Assembly (NCBI GenBank): GCA_963721455.1
Contig: CAVRJG010000003.1
Span: 1-64,000, forward strand
Length of the DNA: 64,000 bases
Reading direction: 5' to 3'
Source: an uncultured Methanosarcinaceae archaeon
Lineage (GTDB): Archaea > Halobacteriota > Methanosarcinia > Methanosarcinales > Methanosarcinaceae
Under the pieces are notes generated by a model. The model saw only the letters and a list, made by a program, of their open reading frames with translations, was not told where the DNA came from and ran no database searches. Below, one piece after another: positions 47,216 through 58,064 of the stretch. The position numbers were made by a program, and so were the translations under genes. Each line of letters starts with the position of its first letter. Positions within the stretch are counted from its first letter, which is position 1.

Positions 47216-48248
47216 TTATCGGCCTCGGTTATTATTATACAAGTCAAAAAATATTTAATATAACTCGACACACTTTGAGAATATATGCAGCATGTAATCA
47301 TAATATACTGTAGTGGAATTTTGAGTCCGTGTCTGCGGTATTTTTCAAAGTTAAGCTGAGAGTTCATCCCAAAACTCGAAATTTGGTTCTTGAGCCTTGC
47401 ATTTCGAATAATCAATCAAGCTCATGATCATGAAAACAATCCTGAAAATTCTTGACGATTAAGAATAAAATGGCTTTTGGGATAGGCTTGATCAGAAGCC
47501 TTTCCCGGACTCCACCTACAGTATAAAAGAACAGATGTCTTTAAACAATATAAAAATTTTGATTCAGTTTAGATATGAGAAGAATAATCGGCTTTGTAGA
47601 AAACCTATCTAAACGGACATGAAATTCTTCGAATAACAGACATAAAAAAATGAAACTATTATTCACCTTAACTTTTATGACTATTGATTTCCTCATTACC
47701 TTGGGCAGTAAGGTTGTCCACATTTTGGTTTTTCAAAACCGTACCTAAACTAATCAGTGAATTGCCATCGAAGGCTCAAATGTGACTCTGCTCACGCATG
47801 CTAAATTGGCCTTTGAGGCAATTCCACTGCCCAAACAAATTTGGTGATCTAATTTGATTGAAGTCATAACCAAAGCTTGTGGTTTAGACATTCACAAACT
47901 CTTTTTCATTGCCACAATTCTCAGTAGATCCGGTGAAAAGCAGCAACAACTTTTGATAGAAACGATGATGGAATTTTAGCCCTTAAAAAATGGGTTACGG
48001 TCTTCCCGTTTGCAAGAGTTTATGTTACTGTACCGGCGCTTGAGAAAAGAAGATTGATGATTGAAGTTGCCGGAAAATTTATTCACAACGTTGTCGATAA
48101 ATCAGGAAAACTAGCTTATGTATTGATACGAAAAGTGAGTAGATTCTAACCTAAAAAGTAAAGAACCGTTTTTTAAAACCTTAAAATGAAGGTTACAAGA
48201 AAATGCTGGTATCCCTAATTTCAATACTCTATTTGTCTTTGTAAGCCT

Positions 48249-48656
48249 TTATTTCACTACGACAGTCCCCTTCATAGAAGGATGGATCGAACAATCATAA
48301 TTATAGGTTCCCGCGTCTGTAAACAGGAATTCGTATGTGTCTCCTTCCTCAAGTACCTCGGACTCAAAAGCAGGCCCTCTAACGGTATGAGCAGTTGAAT
48401 CCATATTCTTCCATCTTACGGTATCACCTGTCGATATTGCTACAGACTGCGGGTTAAAGGCAGAATTCTGAATATCAACTTCGACAATCTTGCCTTCATC
48501 TATAGGTTGAGGCGTTACATCCGAAACCGGAGCTACAGGCGTTTCAACCGGAGTTACTACAGGCGTTTCTGCTGGAGTTGCCGGTTCATTTCCTGCACAT
48601 CCTATTGCCAGGAATATGCTAAGTAAGACCATGAAAATTACAGGTTCTTTTCTCAT
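48249..48656 (-). CDS. Plastocyanin/cupredoxin-domain lipoprotein
   Basis: LAIGC lipobox and type-1 copper ligands AHTV...YDCSIHPSMKG. Confidence 0.92.
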   Translation of the reverse strand: MRKEPVIFMVLLSIFLAIGCAGNEPATPAETPVVTPVETPVAPVSDVTPQPIDEGKIVEVDIQNSAFNPQSVAISTGDTVRWKNMDSTAHTVRGPAFESEVLEEGDTYEFLFTDAGTYNYDCSIHPSMKGTVVVK

Positions 48657-49104
48657 TCTTTCCCCCCATGAAAAATAAGGTGCTTTATAATTAATATTTT
48701 GATTTTATAATAGTTCCTACCAGTTTCTGAACTCAGTTCTTTTTATGATTTAATGTATTGTGCCAGAGCTTCTGGAACACGCATCCTCAGTTAACTCAGG
48801 AAATTTCCCTGTTTTCAGGTTTTACTTTCTCCTGGATTATAAACTGAAGCCCTCTAAAAATAGAATTTCCGGATGTATGCAGTACCTGCCGGACAATTAT
48901 AAAAATAGTTTCAACCCATGACAGGAATAGGGTAATTTTATCTAAAAAAGTGAAGCCATTTTTGTAAAAATTTGTTTTATGGGCAGAATCCTGATCATTA
49001 CTGACTGTCACTTAATAATTAGCCTTGACTCAGAGTTACTGGATACTCTGCCCATATCTTATTTCTTTTCAGTTGCCTCGGCAGGTATTACCTGCCAGGA
49101 GGAG

Positions 49105-49410
49105 TTACTTGACTACAGTGGTCCTAGTTGCAGTAGTATTATTGCCTTTTATAGTGGTCCTGGCTACAGTAGTGTTGTTACCCTGTATAGTGGTCCTATT
49201 TACAGTAGTATTATTGCCCTCTATGGTGGTTCTGGTTACTTGTTTAGCCGGAGTTACTGCCTGAACCGGAGTTTCCTTTACAACTGTTTCCTTTGTTTCC
49301 TTTGTTTCCTTTACAACCGTTTCATTCGGAGCTTTCTCTTTCTGACCAGCGCATCCTATTGCGAGGAACACGCCGAGCAAAACTATCAATATAATCAGTG
49401 CTTTTCTCAT
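49105..49410 (-). CDS. Small Thr/Asn-rich repetitive lipoprotein
   Basis: MRKALII...LAIGCAG signal, KET repeats and three RTTIxGNNTT repeats carrying N-x-T sequons. Confidence 0.8.
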   Translation of the reverse strand: MRKALIILIVLLGVFLAIGCAGQKEKAPNETVVKETKETKETVVKETPVQAVTPAKQVTRTTIEGNNTTVNRTTIQGNNTTVARTTIKGNNTTATRTTVVK

Positions 49411-49413
49411 TAT

Positions 49414-49609
49414 TTTCCCCCATACAATATAAGTTGCATTATAATTAATATTTTAAATTATATTTAAATTCCTACTAGCTACTGAACATAGTTCTTCTTA
49501 TGATCTGTCGTTTTCCCCCCATAAAATATAAGTTGCATTATAATTAATATTTTAAATTATATTTAAATTCCTACTAGCTACTGAACATAGTTCTTCTTAT
49601 GATCTGTCG
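49414..49609. repeat. Tandem duplication (about 99-bp period) of the lipoprotein promoter/RBS region
   Basis: ttttcccccata...gatctgtcg occurs twice, head to tail. Confidence 0.9.
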
Positions 49610-50126
49610 TATGGTACCATAATTTCTCTGAAAATAGAGATATTCAGTTAACTCAATGCACTTCTTTATCTTCAGTTTTCATATTCTTCTAAATTACGAA
49701 AAAAGAGTTTCTAAAAGAGAGGCGGCAGAAAATCATATTCAACCTTGATGATCAATTAGAATATCAATTTCACCTCATTTATAAGGAAATGGGGCGTAAA
49801 ATGATCTTAAAAAGTGAGGTCGTTTTTAAAGGCTTTTCGTTAAAGTGAGATTTTTCGACAATTCCGGTATTTCAAGCATCTAAATATCATTTGCCTTTGT
49901 ATCGATCTTACTTCTTCACTGTTATATTCCTATTACTGTATCGCGTGAATCGAATACTCGTAGAAGTGCCTTTTCGGTAAACACGAACTTATTTGTTTCT
50001 TATTCCGGTTGCCAAACGAAAATTCACCTCTGCCTTTTATGCATTTAAGAATTCTCATATAATAAGCGAATTGCGCTATAAAGCGTCCGGGCTAGAGGCA
50101 AAGCCCTGAGTCACCACTTAAACGAT

Positions 50127-50431
50127 TTAGTAACCTTTTCTAGGAGTTACTTTGATTACTCCGGTTCCGCTTGTATTATTTCCAGCTTGAGTCGGCTGTA
50201 TGAGTGCCTTTTTTCTTTGAGTACTACCTAAAATCTTAGTTACATTACCAGTTGCGCTTTGGTTAGTAGTGGTATAGTTTTCAGTATAATTTTCAGCCGG
50301 AGTTACTTCTGTCAACCGGAGTTACTGTCTCATTTGGAGCTTCACCTTTCTGACCAGCGCATCCTATTGCAAGGAATATACACTGAACAATACTAACAGA
50401 ATAACCAGTTCTTAACCAGTTCTTTTCTCAT
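50127..50431 (-). pseudogene. Frameshifted paralogue of the small lipoprotein
   Basis: MRKELV start with an 11-bp duplication (AACCAGTTCTT twice) and further indels. LAIGCAGQKGEAPNET is recoverable in another frame. Confidence 0.75.
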
Positions 50432-50686
50432 TATTTCCCCCACTTAAAATTATGTGCATTATTAACAGATTTGTAATTGATATCATGGTCTTATAACAAT
50501 TACTGCTAGATTCTGAACATAATTCTTCCTACAGGGTGGAAAATCGCTATACATTTAGATATTTCTTCCTTTCGGGTTTTATGAATGTATGTAAGATCCG
50601 GAATCTTTATTTTCTGCTTAGTTCTCCTTAAATTATAATACCGGGAATTCCAATATTATTAAATGACTTTTTTTTGGGGGGAGGTC

Positions 50687-52051
50687 ATGAAAATCAAATC
50701 CGTTAATCCTTACACTGAAGAAGTAAACTGGACATATGACTCATTTTCTTTCGGGGAATGTGAAATCCGGATTGAAAATTCCAGGGCTGCTTTTTCCGGG
50801 TGGAGTTCATTGTCTGTTGAAGAAAGGGTAAAATATTTCTCAAGGGCTGGCGAGGTGCTTCGGCAGAATACCGAAATCTATGCCGAGATTATTACGAAGG
50901 AAATGGGAAAACCTATCCGGCAGTCGAGAGGCGAGGTTCAGAAATGCGCCCGGCTCTGTGACTATTACGCAGAAAATGCGGCCGGGTTTCTGAAAGATGA
51001 GGTTGTGGATACTGAGGCTGAGAAAAGCTATGTAACTTTTGAGCCGCTTGGAGTGATTCTCGGGATCATGCCCTGGAATTTCCCGTTCTGGCAGGTATTC
51101 AGGTTTGCAGTACCTGCAATGTGTGCAGGAAATGTGTGTGTGGTCAAACACGCCTCGAATGTGCCAAGATCGGCACTGGAGATTGAGAAAGTCTTCCTGG
51201 AGGCTGGATTTCCGGAGCATGTTTTCAATACCCTGTTAATTGACTCGAAGACTGCCATGGAGATTATTGAAGAGGATATGGTGGATGGAGTCTCATTTAC
51301 AGGCAGCATAGGTGCAGGCTCGGAAATAGGAGAGCTTGTGGGGGGAGCGATAAAGCCGCTTGTACTGGAGCTGGGGGGGTCTGACCCTTTCATAGTGCTT
51401 GAAGATGCCGATATCGAGAAGGCTGCGCAGGTCGCGGTAAAGTCCCGTTTTCTCAATACCGGACAGAGCTGTATTGCTGCCAAGAGGTTTATCGTTGTAG
51501 AAGATGTTGTGGTGGATTTTATTGAGGCATTTGAACTCAATATTCAGGAACTGAAAATAGGGGACCCGATGGATGAAGAAACCGATATCGGACCTGTTGC
51601 AAAGAAGGAATTTGTCGAGAGTCTTGAGAAGGTCCTGAAAGACGCGAAAAAGAAAGGGGCAGAGCCTCAAATTTTCGGAGAGAAGCCTGAAACGGGCTTC
51701 TTTTTCAGGCCGACCCTTATCCCTGCAGCCAGTTCAGACATGAAGGTCTGCAATATGGAAGTTTTCGGACCTATTGCGCCGATAATCATGGCAAAGGACG
51801 AGAACGAGGCATTGGAAATCGCAAACTCCACAGAGTTCGGGCTTGGGGCCGAAGTCTGGTCCGGAAACCTGGAAAGGGCTGAAAGGCTGGCAAAAAGGAT
51901 CAGATCCGGATTTGTAGCTATCAATGGCATGGTTAAATCCGATCCGAGGCTTCCTTTTGGCGGGGTAAAGAAGTCCGGAGTAGGGCGAGAGCTTTCCCAC
52001 TATGGACTTAAGGAATTTGTGAATATCAAGACTGTCGTGGTTAACAAATGA
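50687..52051 (+). CDS. NAD(P)-dependent succinate-semialdehyde dehydrogenase (Sad/GabD1 type)
   Basis: IMPWNFPFWQVFRFA, KHASNVP, LELGGSDPF, GQSCIAAKRF and PFGGVKKSG motifs. Confidence 0.93.
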   Translation: MKIKSVNPYTEEVNWTYDSFSFGECEIRIENSRAAFSGWSSLSVEERVKYFSRAGEVLRQNTEIYAEIITKEMGKPIRQSRGEVQKCARLCDYYAENAAGFLKDEVVDTEAEKSYVTFEPLGVILGIMPWNFPFWQVFRFAVPAMCAGNVCVVKHASNVPRSALEIEKVFLEAGFPEHVFNTLLIDSKTAMEIIEEDMVDGVSFTGSIGAGSEIGELVGGAIKPLVLELGGSDPFIVLEDADIEKAAQVAVKSRFLNTGQSCIAAKRFIVVEDVVVDFIEAFELNIQELKIGDPMDEETDIGPVAKKEFVESLEKVLKDAKKKGAEPQIFGEKPETGFFFRPTLIPAASSDMKVCNMEVFGPIAPIIMAKDENEALEIANSTEFGLGAEVWSGNLERAERLAKRIRSGFVAINGMVKSDPRLPFGGVKKSGVGRELSHYGLKEFVNIKTVVVNK

Positions 52052-52158
52052 AAGCTCCACAGGGCCTGAGAACTGATTGAAGCTTTATATTGAAAAGACT
52101 CTCCAGAGTTGATTAGATAACCTGTTTAAGCTTGATAATTTGTTTAAGCTTGACCAGT

Positions 52159-52305
52159 AAACTTACCTCAAGCTTAACAAACAACTTACCTCAAGCTTAA
52201 CAAACAACTTACCTCAAGCTTAATAAACAACTTACCTCAAGCTTAATAAGTAAACTAATTTAATTTAATTTAATTTAATTTAATTTAATTTAATTTAATT
52301 TAATT
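52159..52305. repeat. 23-bp tandem repeat (AACTTACCTCAAGCTTAACAAAC) x4 followed by (TAATT) x~9
   Basis: Directly visible in the intergenic region between the SSADH and ALS-like genes. Confidence 0.9.
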
Positions 52306-52352
52306 ACTTGAACAAGAGACATAACAATTGAATTATATTTTGAGAGGTTTTT

Positions 52353-53987
52353 ATGAAAGCTTCGGATCTTTTCGTTGCCCAGCTTGAAGAAGAAGATGTG
52401 GAGTATATTTTCGGACTGCCAGGCGAAGAAAACCTTGACTTGCTTGAATCTCTCAGGATTTCCAGAATCAAATTGATCGTAACAAGGCACGAACAGGCTG
52501 CAGCGTTTATGGCTGCGACCTACGGAAGGCTGACAGGGAAACCCGGGGTTTGTTTTTCAACTCTTGGTCCGGGAGCTACTAACCTGGTCACAGGCGTTGC
52601 CCAGGCCCAGCTTACAGGAGCTCCTTTTATCTCCATATCCGGGCAAAAGGCCCTGGCTGACAACTGGCAGGCACGTTTCCAGCTTGTAGACGTTGTCAGG
52701 ATGATGGAGCCGCTCTGTAAAAAAGCCGTATCCATAACTGATCCGGGAATGATCCCTACAGTGATCCGGAACGCCTTCAAACATGCGGAAGCCGAAAGGC
52801 CGGGAGCTGTGCACATTGAACTTCCTGAAGATGTGGCTGAAGAAGAGACTGACGCAGTGGTGCAGAAGCGGAGCGAAATTAAAATTCCTTATCCTGATCC
52901 CGGAGCTGTCAAAGAAGCTGCGGCTATGATCTGTGAGGCTAAAAACCCCCTGATTATGGTTTCCTCAGGAGCGAACCGAAAATCGGTAACTGGGGAACTC
53001 GAAGATTTTGTCAGAAGGACAGGTATCTACCTTGTACATACCCAGATGGGGAAAGGTGTTGTTCCGGATGACTGCGTTCACAGCCTTTTTGCCACCGGAA
53101 TCCATGCCAGAGACTACGTTAACTGCGGAATTGACGGAGCTGACCTTATTATCACTGTGGGCTACGATATAGTGGAATACCCTCCCTACCTGTGGAACAG
53201 GAAACTGGACAAGCAGATCATAAATATCGATTTTGTAGAGTCCGTGCCTGACAGGTATTTTAACCCCACAGTAGAAATCATTGGAGATGTCGCCTCTTCA
53301 ATCAGGGAACTTGCTGCAAGCATTCCGGGAAAACGGGAGTTTCCGACCTTTGAAAACACAAGGCATTTCATTGAGGAAAAAATAAATGCTATTGCCAGGA
53401 AAAGCTACCCTCCTATCCCGCAGGCGGTAGTTCAGAACGTCAGGAAGGTGCTTGGAAGGGAAGATATAATCACGCTGGACAACGGGATTTATAAGCTCTG
53501 GTTCTCTCGCCTTTACAAGACCTATGCCCCCAACACTATTCTCCTTGACAATGCCCTTGCAACTATGGGCGCAGGGCTCTCTGCAGGGATTACTGCAAAA
53601 CTTCTTCATCCGGAACGCCGCGTGCTTGCAGTCTGTGGGGACGGGGGTTTTATGATGAACTGCCAGGAGCTCGAGACCGCGGTTCGCTATGGAATCCCTG
53701 TGGTTGTCCTTATCCTCAATGACAATGGCTTTGGCTTTATTAAATGGAAGCAGAAAAAGATGCATTTTGAGGACTTCGGGCTGGACTACGGAAACCCTGA
53801 TTTCTCCCTTTTTGCCAGGAGTTTCGGGGCTGAAGGTTTCAGGATTAAAGAAGGTGATGACCTTGCAGAAGTCCTGGAGAGAGCTTTTGCCCTGAATAAA
53901 GTGGCGGTCATTGAATGTCCTATCGACTATTCCGTAAACTACGAGACTTTCTCGATCGAACTGGGAAAGCTTACATGTAAATTCTGA
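52353..53987 (+). CDS. TPP-dependent acetolactate-synthase-like enzyme (candidate 2-oxoglutarate decarboxylase)
   Basis: IFGLPGEENL, RHEQAAAFMA, STLGPGATN and the GDGGFMM...LNDN TPP motif. No ilvN small subunit is adjacent. Confidence 0.88.
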   Translation: MKASDLFVAQLEEEDVEYIFGLPGEENLDLLESLRISRIKLIVTRHEQAAAFMAATYGRLTGKPGVCFSTLGPGATNLVTGVAQAQLTGAPFISISGQKALADNWQARFQLVDVVRMMEPLCKKAVSITDPGMIPTVIRNAFKHAEAERPGAVHIELPEDVAEEETDAVVQKRSEIKIPYPDPGAVKEAAAMICEAKNPLIMVSSGANRKSVTGELEDFVRRTGIYLVHTQMGKGVVPDDCVHSLFATGIHARDYVNCGIDGADLIITVGYDIVEYPPYLWNRKLDKQIINIDFVESVPDRYFNPTVEIIGDVASSIRELAASIPGKREFPTFENTRHFIEEKINAIARKSYPPIPQAVVQNVRKVLGREDIITLDNGIYKLWFSRLYKTYAPNTILLDNALATMGAGLSAGITAKLLHPERRVLAVCGDGGFMMNCQELETAVRYGIPVVVLILNDNGFGFIKWKQKKMHFEDFGLDYGNPDFSLFARSFGAEGFRIKEGDDLAEVLERAFALNKVAVIECPIDYSVNYETFSIELGKLTCKF

Positions 53988-54068
53988 TACGCGGAATTTC
54001 TGCATGGGCTTGCGGGTTAATTTACGCAAACCCTGTACCGTTAAAAATCAAACCCAGGGGGAAAATAA

Positions 54069-55862
54069 TTGGGAGGCGAAGGGAAAAAAGCAGGGTATCC
54101 TATCCATTCACATGATGTGGTCATAGTCGGGGCAGGACTGACAGGGCTCCGTGCAGCAATCGAGACTGTGGATCAGGGGCTTGACACGGCCATTATTTCC
54201 AAGGTGCACCCTCTCCGCTCCCATTCCGTGGCAGCCCAGGGAGGGATAAATGCAGCCCTCGGGAATGCCGTGGCTGAAGATTCCTGGGAAGACCACGCAT
54301 TTGATACGGTCAAGGGTTCGGATTATCTGGCTGACCAGGATGCAGTGGAAATCATGTGCAAAAACGCGCCTGCCGCAGTAATCGAACTTGAACATTTCGG
54401 GACCGTCTTTTCCCGGTTTCCTGACGGCAGGATCGCTCAGAGGCCTTTTGGAGGAGGGATGTTCCCAAGAACCTGCTATGCTGCAGACAGGACAGGGCAT
54501 AACATTCTGCACACGCTCTATGAACAGCTTATAGGCAGGGAGAAAAATAAAAAGTTTAAGGGTGGTAAGCTTACCTTTTATGAAGAGTTCTTTGTGACCT
54601 CCCTGGTAAAAGCCGGAGAATCTTCTTTTGAAGATGGTTCGGGGAAAGAGGAAAGGTGCGCAGGCTGTACTGCAGTAAACATCGCCAATGGGAGCCTGCA
54701 TGGTTTTACCTGCCATTCCCTGCTCCTTGCGACGGGAGGTTTTGGGAGGCTTTTTGCCCGTTCAACAAATGCCCTGATTAACACCGGAGACGGAGCTTCT
54801 CTGGCGCTCCGGGCAGGCGTACCTTTAAAGGACATGGAATTCGTGCAGTTTCACCCTACCACACTGTACGGCACAAATATCCTTATCACTGAAGGGGCAA
54901 GAGGAGAAGGAGGCTATCTTCTGAACAGCAGAAACGAACGCTTCATGGAGAAGTATGCCCCCGCATCCATGGAACTTGCTCCAAGGGATATAGTTTCCAG
55001 GGCCGCTCAGCAGGAAATAGATGAAGGCAGAGGATTTGAGGGCGGTTACGTGCTCCTTGACCTCAGGCACCTGAAAGAGAAAAAAATTGCAGAACGCCTG
55101 CCCGGGATAAGGCTTATTTCCCTGGACTTTGCAGGAGTTGACCCTGTTGAAGCTCCGATTCCCGTGCAGCCAGGCCAGCACTATTCCATGGGAGGGGTTT
55201 CGGCAGGAAATGACCTTGCAACTGAACTGCCCGGACTATATGCAGCAGGGGAATGCTCCTGCATTAGCGTGCATGGGGCAAACCGGCTCGGGGGCAATTC
55301 ACTGCTTGAAACTGTGGTTTTCGGAAAGCTTGCAGGGCAGGAAATTGGAAAGTCTTTCCCGGCTTCAGGAACCTGGGACGGGAAAGGGGCCGAACATGCT
55401 GTCCTTGAATGCCTGTCCGGAGAGGATGCGAGGATAAAAGCACTGCTTGCCAGGGAATCCGGAATAAAAATGCATGGTCTCAGGGATGAACTGAAGAATA
55501 TGATGTTTGAGTACTTCGGGGTCTTTCGCGAAGGAAAGAGGATGGAAAAAGGGCTGGAAAAACTCATTGAACTCAAAGCCCGTTACCCTGAAGTCTATAT
55601 CGATAACAAATCCGCTCTATTTAACTACGCACTTATTTATACACTCGAACTTGAGGGATTATTTGATATCGCAGAAGCTGTTGCCAGGGGTGCCATTGCC
55701 AGGCAGGAAAGCCGGGGGTCTCATTCAAGGGCTGACTACCCGGATAGGGATGACGAGAGGTTCCTCTACCATACGATCTACAGGCTAAAAGGCGGAAAAC
55801 CTGCGCTTGAATCCCTGCCTGTAAGGCTCGGGAAATTCCCTGTAAAGGAGCGTGTATACTGA
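54069..55862 (+). CDS. sdhA: Succinate dehydrogenase/fumarate reductase flavoprotein subunit
   Basis: [13 protein letters not shown] (FAD-His), [30 protein letters not shown] and ESRGSH motifs. Confidence 0.95.
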   Translation: MGGEGKKAGYPIHSHDVVIVGAGLTGLRAAIETVDQGLDTAIISKVHPLRSHSVAAQGGINAALGNAVAEDSWEDHAFDTVKGSDYLADQDAVEIMCKNAPAAVIELEHFGTVFSRFPDGRIAQRPFGGGMFPRTCYAADRTGHNILHTLYEQLIGREKNKKFKGGKLTFYEEFFVTSLVKAGESSFEDGSGKEERCAGCTAVNIANGSLHGFTCHSLLLATGGFGRLFARSTNALINTGDGASLALRAGVPLKDMEFVQFHPTTLYGTNILITEGARGEGGYLLNSRNERFMEKYAPASMELAPRDIVSRAAQQEIDEGRGFEGGYVLLDLRHLKEKKIAERLPGIRLISLDFAGVDPVEAPIPVQPGQHYSMGGVSAGNDLATELPGLYAAGECSCISVHGANRLGGNSLLETVVFGKLAGQEIGKSFPASGTWDGKGAEHAVLECLSGEDARIKALLARESGIKMHGLRDELKNMMFEYFGVFREGKRMEKGLEKLIELKARYPEVYIDNKSALFNYALIYTLELEGLFDIAEAVARGAIARQESRGSHSRADYPDRDDERFLYHTIYRLKGGKPALESLPVRLGKFPVKERVY

Positions 55863-56629
55863 TGAAATTGAAGGTATTCCGCTTTGATGGGGAAACCGGG
55901 GAATCCCACTACGATACCTTTGAAATCGAACCCTCGGCAGGGATGACAGTACTTTCCGCGCTGTTCAATATCCAGGAAGAACTCGATGATTCCCTTGCTT
56001 TCCGCTATTCCTGCAGGGGGGCAGTCTGCGGGAGCTGTGCAATGCTAATTAATAAAATTCCAGGGCTTGCCTGCCGGACCCGGATCGAATCCCTACTCAA
56101 AGGCGAAGGGAAAATAAAGCTGAAGCCTTTTCCGGGAATGGAAGAGACTGTTTTCCGGGACCCTGGAAATGAGGTACTTGTAGAACCCCTTCCTTCCCTG
56201 CCGAAAATAAAGGACCTTATCGTGGACATGGATAAATTCTTCGAATTCTACAGGGCAATCGAGCCGACCTTTAAACCGGCTTCAAAATCCTCTGAAATGG
56301 AGCAGCTCATGCAGCCTGATGCCGTAAAGGAGCTTGAGAAGTACACAAACTGCATACTCTGTGCTGCCTGCGTGGGTTCCTGTCCGGTTTCGGGAAAAGA
56401 CAAGGATTTTCTGGGCCCTGCTGCTCTTGCAAAGCTATACAGGTTCCATATCGATCCACGTGAGGCAGATGATGAATCCAGACTCATGCTTGCGAACAGT
56501 AAATGCGGCTGGTGGGGCTGTGAGTTTCATGCCAATTGTAAGGCTGTCTGCCCGAAAGGCGTTCCACCTGTTGAGGCAATCGGAAAGGCCAGAAGGGAAA
56601 TCAGAGGACCTGGGAAGGAACCCGAGTAA
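55862..56629 (+). CDS. sdhB: Succinate dehydrogenase/fumarate reductase iron-sulfur subunit
   Basis: SCRGAVCGSC...LAC, CILCAACVGSCP and C...CKAVCP motifs. Confidence 0.95.
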   Translation: MKLKVFRFDGETGESHYDTFEIEPSAGMTVLSALFNIQEELDDSLAFRYSCRGAVCGSCAMLINKIPGLACRTRIESLLKGEGKIKLKPFPGMEETVFRDPGNEVLVEPLPSLPKIKDLIVDMDKFFEFYRAIEPTFKPASKSSEMEQLMQPDAVKELEKYTNCILCAACVGSCPVSGKDKDFLGPAALAKLYRFHIDPREADDESRLMLANSKCGWWGCEFHANCKAVCPKGVPPVEAIGKARREIRGPGKEPE

Positions 56630-56678
56630 AAAATCCTGAAGCTTTTGAATGAGAATTTTCTGAGGTGAGGTTATAAAT

Positions 56679-58064
56679 CTGAAAACCCGAATCGAGAAGG
56701 ATTCACTGGGAGAAATGGAAGTCCCGGAAAATGCCTATTTTGGCATCCAGACCCAGCGGGCTCTTTGTAATTTTCCTGTAAGCGGCCACAGGGCAAGGCC
56801 GGAATTCGTCAGGGCATACGTCCTGGTAAAAAAGGCAGCAGCTCTTGCTAATATGGAGCTTGGGGGTCTTGACAGGGAGAGAGGAAATGCCATCGTGGCA
56901 GCAGCCGAGGAAGTCCTTAATGACCTCAGCGGACGGTATTCGGGCCAGTTTCCTGTGGACGTGTTTCAGGCAGGTGCAGGTACTTCCTTTAATATGAACA
57001 TTAATGAGGTTCTAGCTAACCGCGCTCTCGAAATACTGGGATGGAAACGAGGAGATTATAATTTCCTGAGCCCTAACGACCATGTTAACCGGGCCCAGTC
57101 AACTAATGATACTTTTCCAACTGCTTCCTACATAGCCATCATTTTTGCGGCTGACAGGCTTCTTGATGTACTCTCTTCTCTTTCCAGAGCTTTTCGGGCA
57201 AAAGCAGATGAGTTTTCGGGAATCCCTAAGTCAGGCCGCACACATCTTATGGATGCCGTACCTGTGACGCTTGGCGACGAGTTCGGAGCTTATTCTGCTG
57301 CGCTTTTGAGGGCTTCGCGCAGGATAAAAGAACGAAGAGATGATCTTCTCGAACTTCCTTTAGGAGGGACTGCAACAGGAACAGGGGCAAATACAGATCC
57401 GGGGTATCGGGAACTTGTAATCCCAATACTTTCCGCCCTTTGCAAACTGCCTTTCCAAAGGGCGGTTGACAGCTTCGAAGCCCTGCAGAGCCGGTCCCAA
57501 CTTGCCGCCTTTTCAGGGGCTCTCCGGGAACTTGCACTTGAACTTATAAGGATAGCTAATGACCTCAGGCTCCTTAATGCCGGCCCCACCTCCGGAATTT
57601 CCGAAATTGAACTTCCGGCTGTACAGCCTGGATCATCCATGATGCCAGGAAAATATAATCCTGTAATGGCCGAATGCCTGGACATGATAGGGTTCCAGAT
57701 TGTGGGCAATGATACAGCAGTCGCTCTTGCAGCTCAGGCAGGGCAGCTCGAACTCAATGTTATGACCCCTGTAATGACATCCAATATTCTTGTATCCATT
57801 TCCCTGCTCACGAATTATCTGCCCGTTTTTCAGGAACGCTGTGTAGAAGGGATTAAGGCGCATGAGGACAGGTGCAGGGCTTACCTTGAGCTAAATCCTG
57901 TCCTGGTAACCTTCCTTGCCCCGAAGATCGGGTATCTTAAGGCTGCGGAGATTGCAAAAGAGGTGCTGGATAAGAAGATGCCTGTTAAGGAAGTTCTGGT
58001 AATGGAAGGGATTTTGAGCAAAGAAGAAGCTGATGAACTGTTCAAAATTGAAAAATTATTATAA
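56679..58064 (+). CDS. Aspartate ammonia-lyase / class II fumarase family enzyme (probable CTG start)
   Basis: GAGTSFNMN, QSTND, KSGRTHLMDA and GSSMMPGKYNP motifs. The conserved N-terminal RIEKDSLGE lies upstream of the first ATG (56715). Confidence 0.92.
   Translation: MKTRIEKDSLGEMEVPENAYFGIQTQRALCNFPVSGHRARPEFVRAYVLVKKAAALANMELGGLDRERGNAIVAAAEEVLNDLSGRYSGQFPVDVFQAGAGTSFNMNINEVLANRALEILGWKRGDYNFLSPNDHVNRAQSTNDTFPTASYIAIIFAADRLLDVLSSLSRAFRAKADEFSGIPKSGRTHLMDAVPVTLGDEFGAYSAALLRASRRIKERRDDLLELPLGGTATGTGANTDPGYRELVIPILSALCKLPFQRAVDSFEALQSRSQLAAFSGALRELALELIRIANDLRLLNAGPTSGISEIELPAVQPGSSMMPGKYNPVMAECLDMIGFQIVGNDTAVALAAQAGQLELNVMTPVMTSNILVSISLLTNYLPVFQERCVEGIKAHEDRCRAYLELNPVLVTFLAPKIGYLKAAEIAKEVLDKKMPVKEVLVMEGILSKEEADELFKIEKLL

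Noticed and set aside
52159-52250. 23-bp repeats as a CRISPR array
   Set aside because: The units are head-to-tail with no unique spacers, and no cas genes are in the window.
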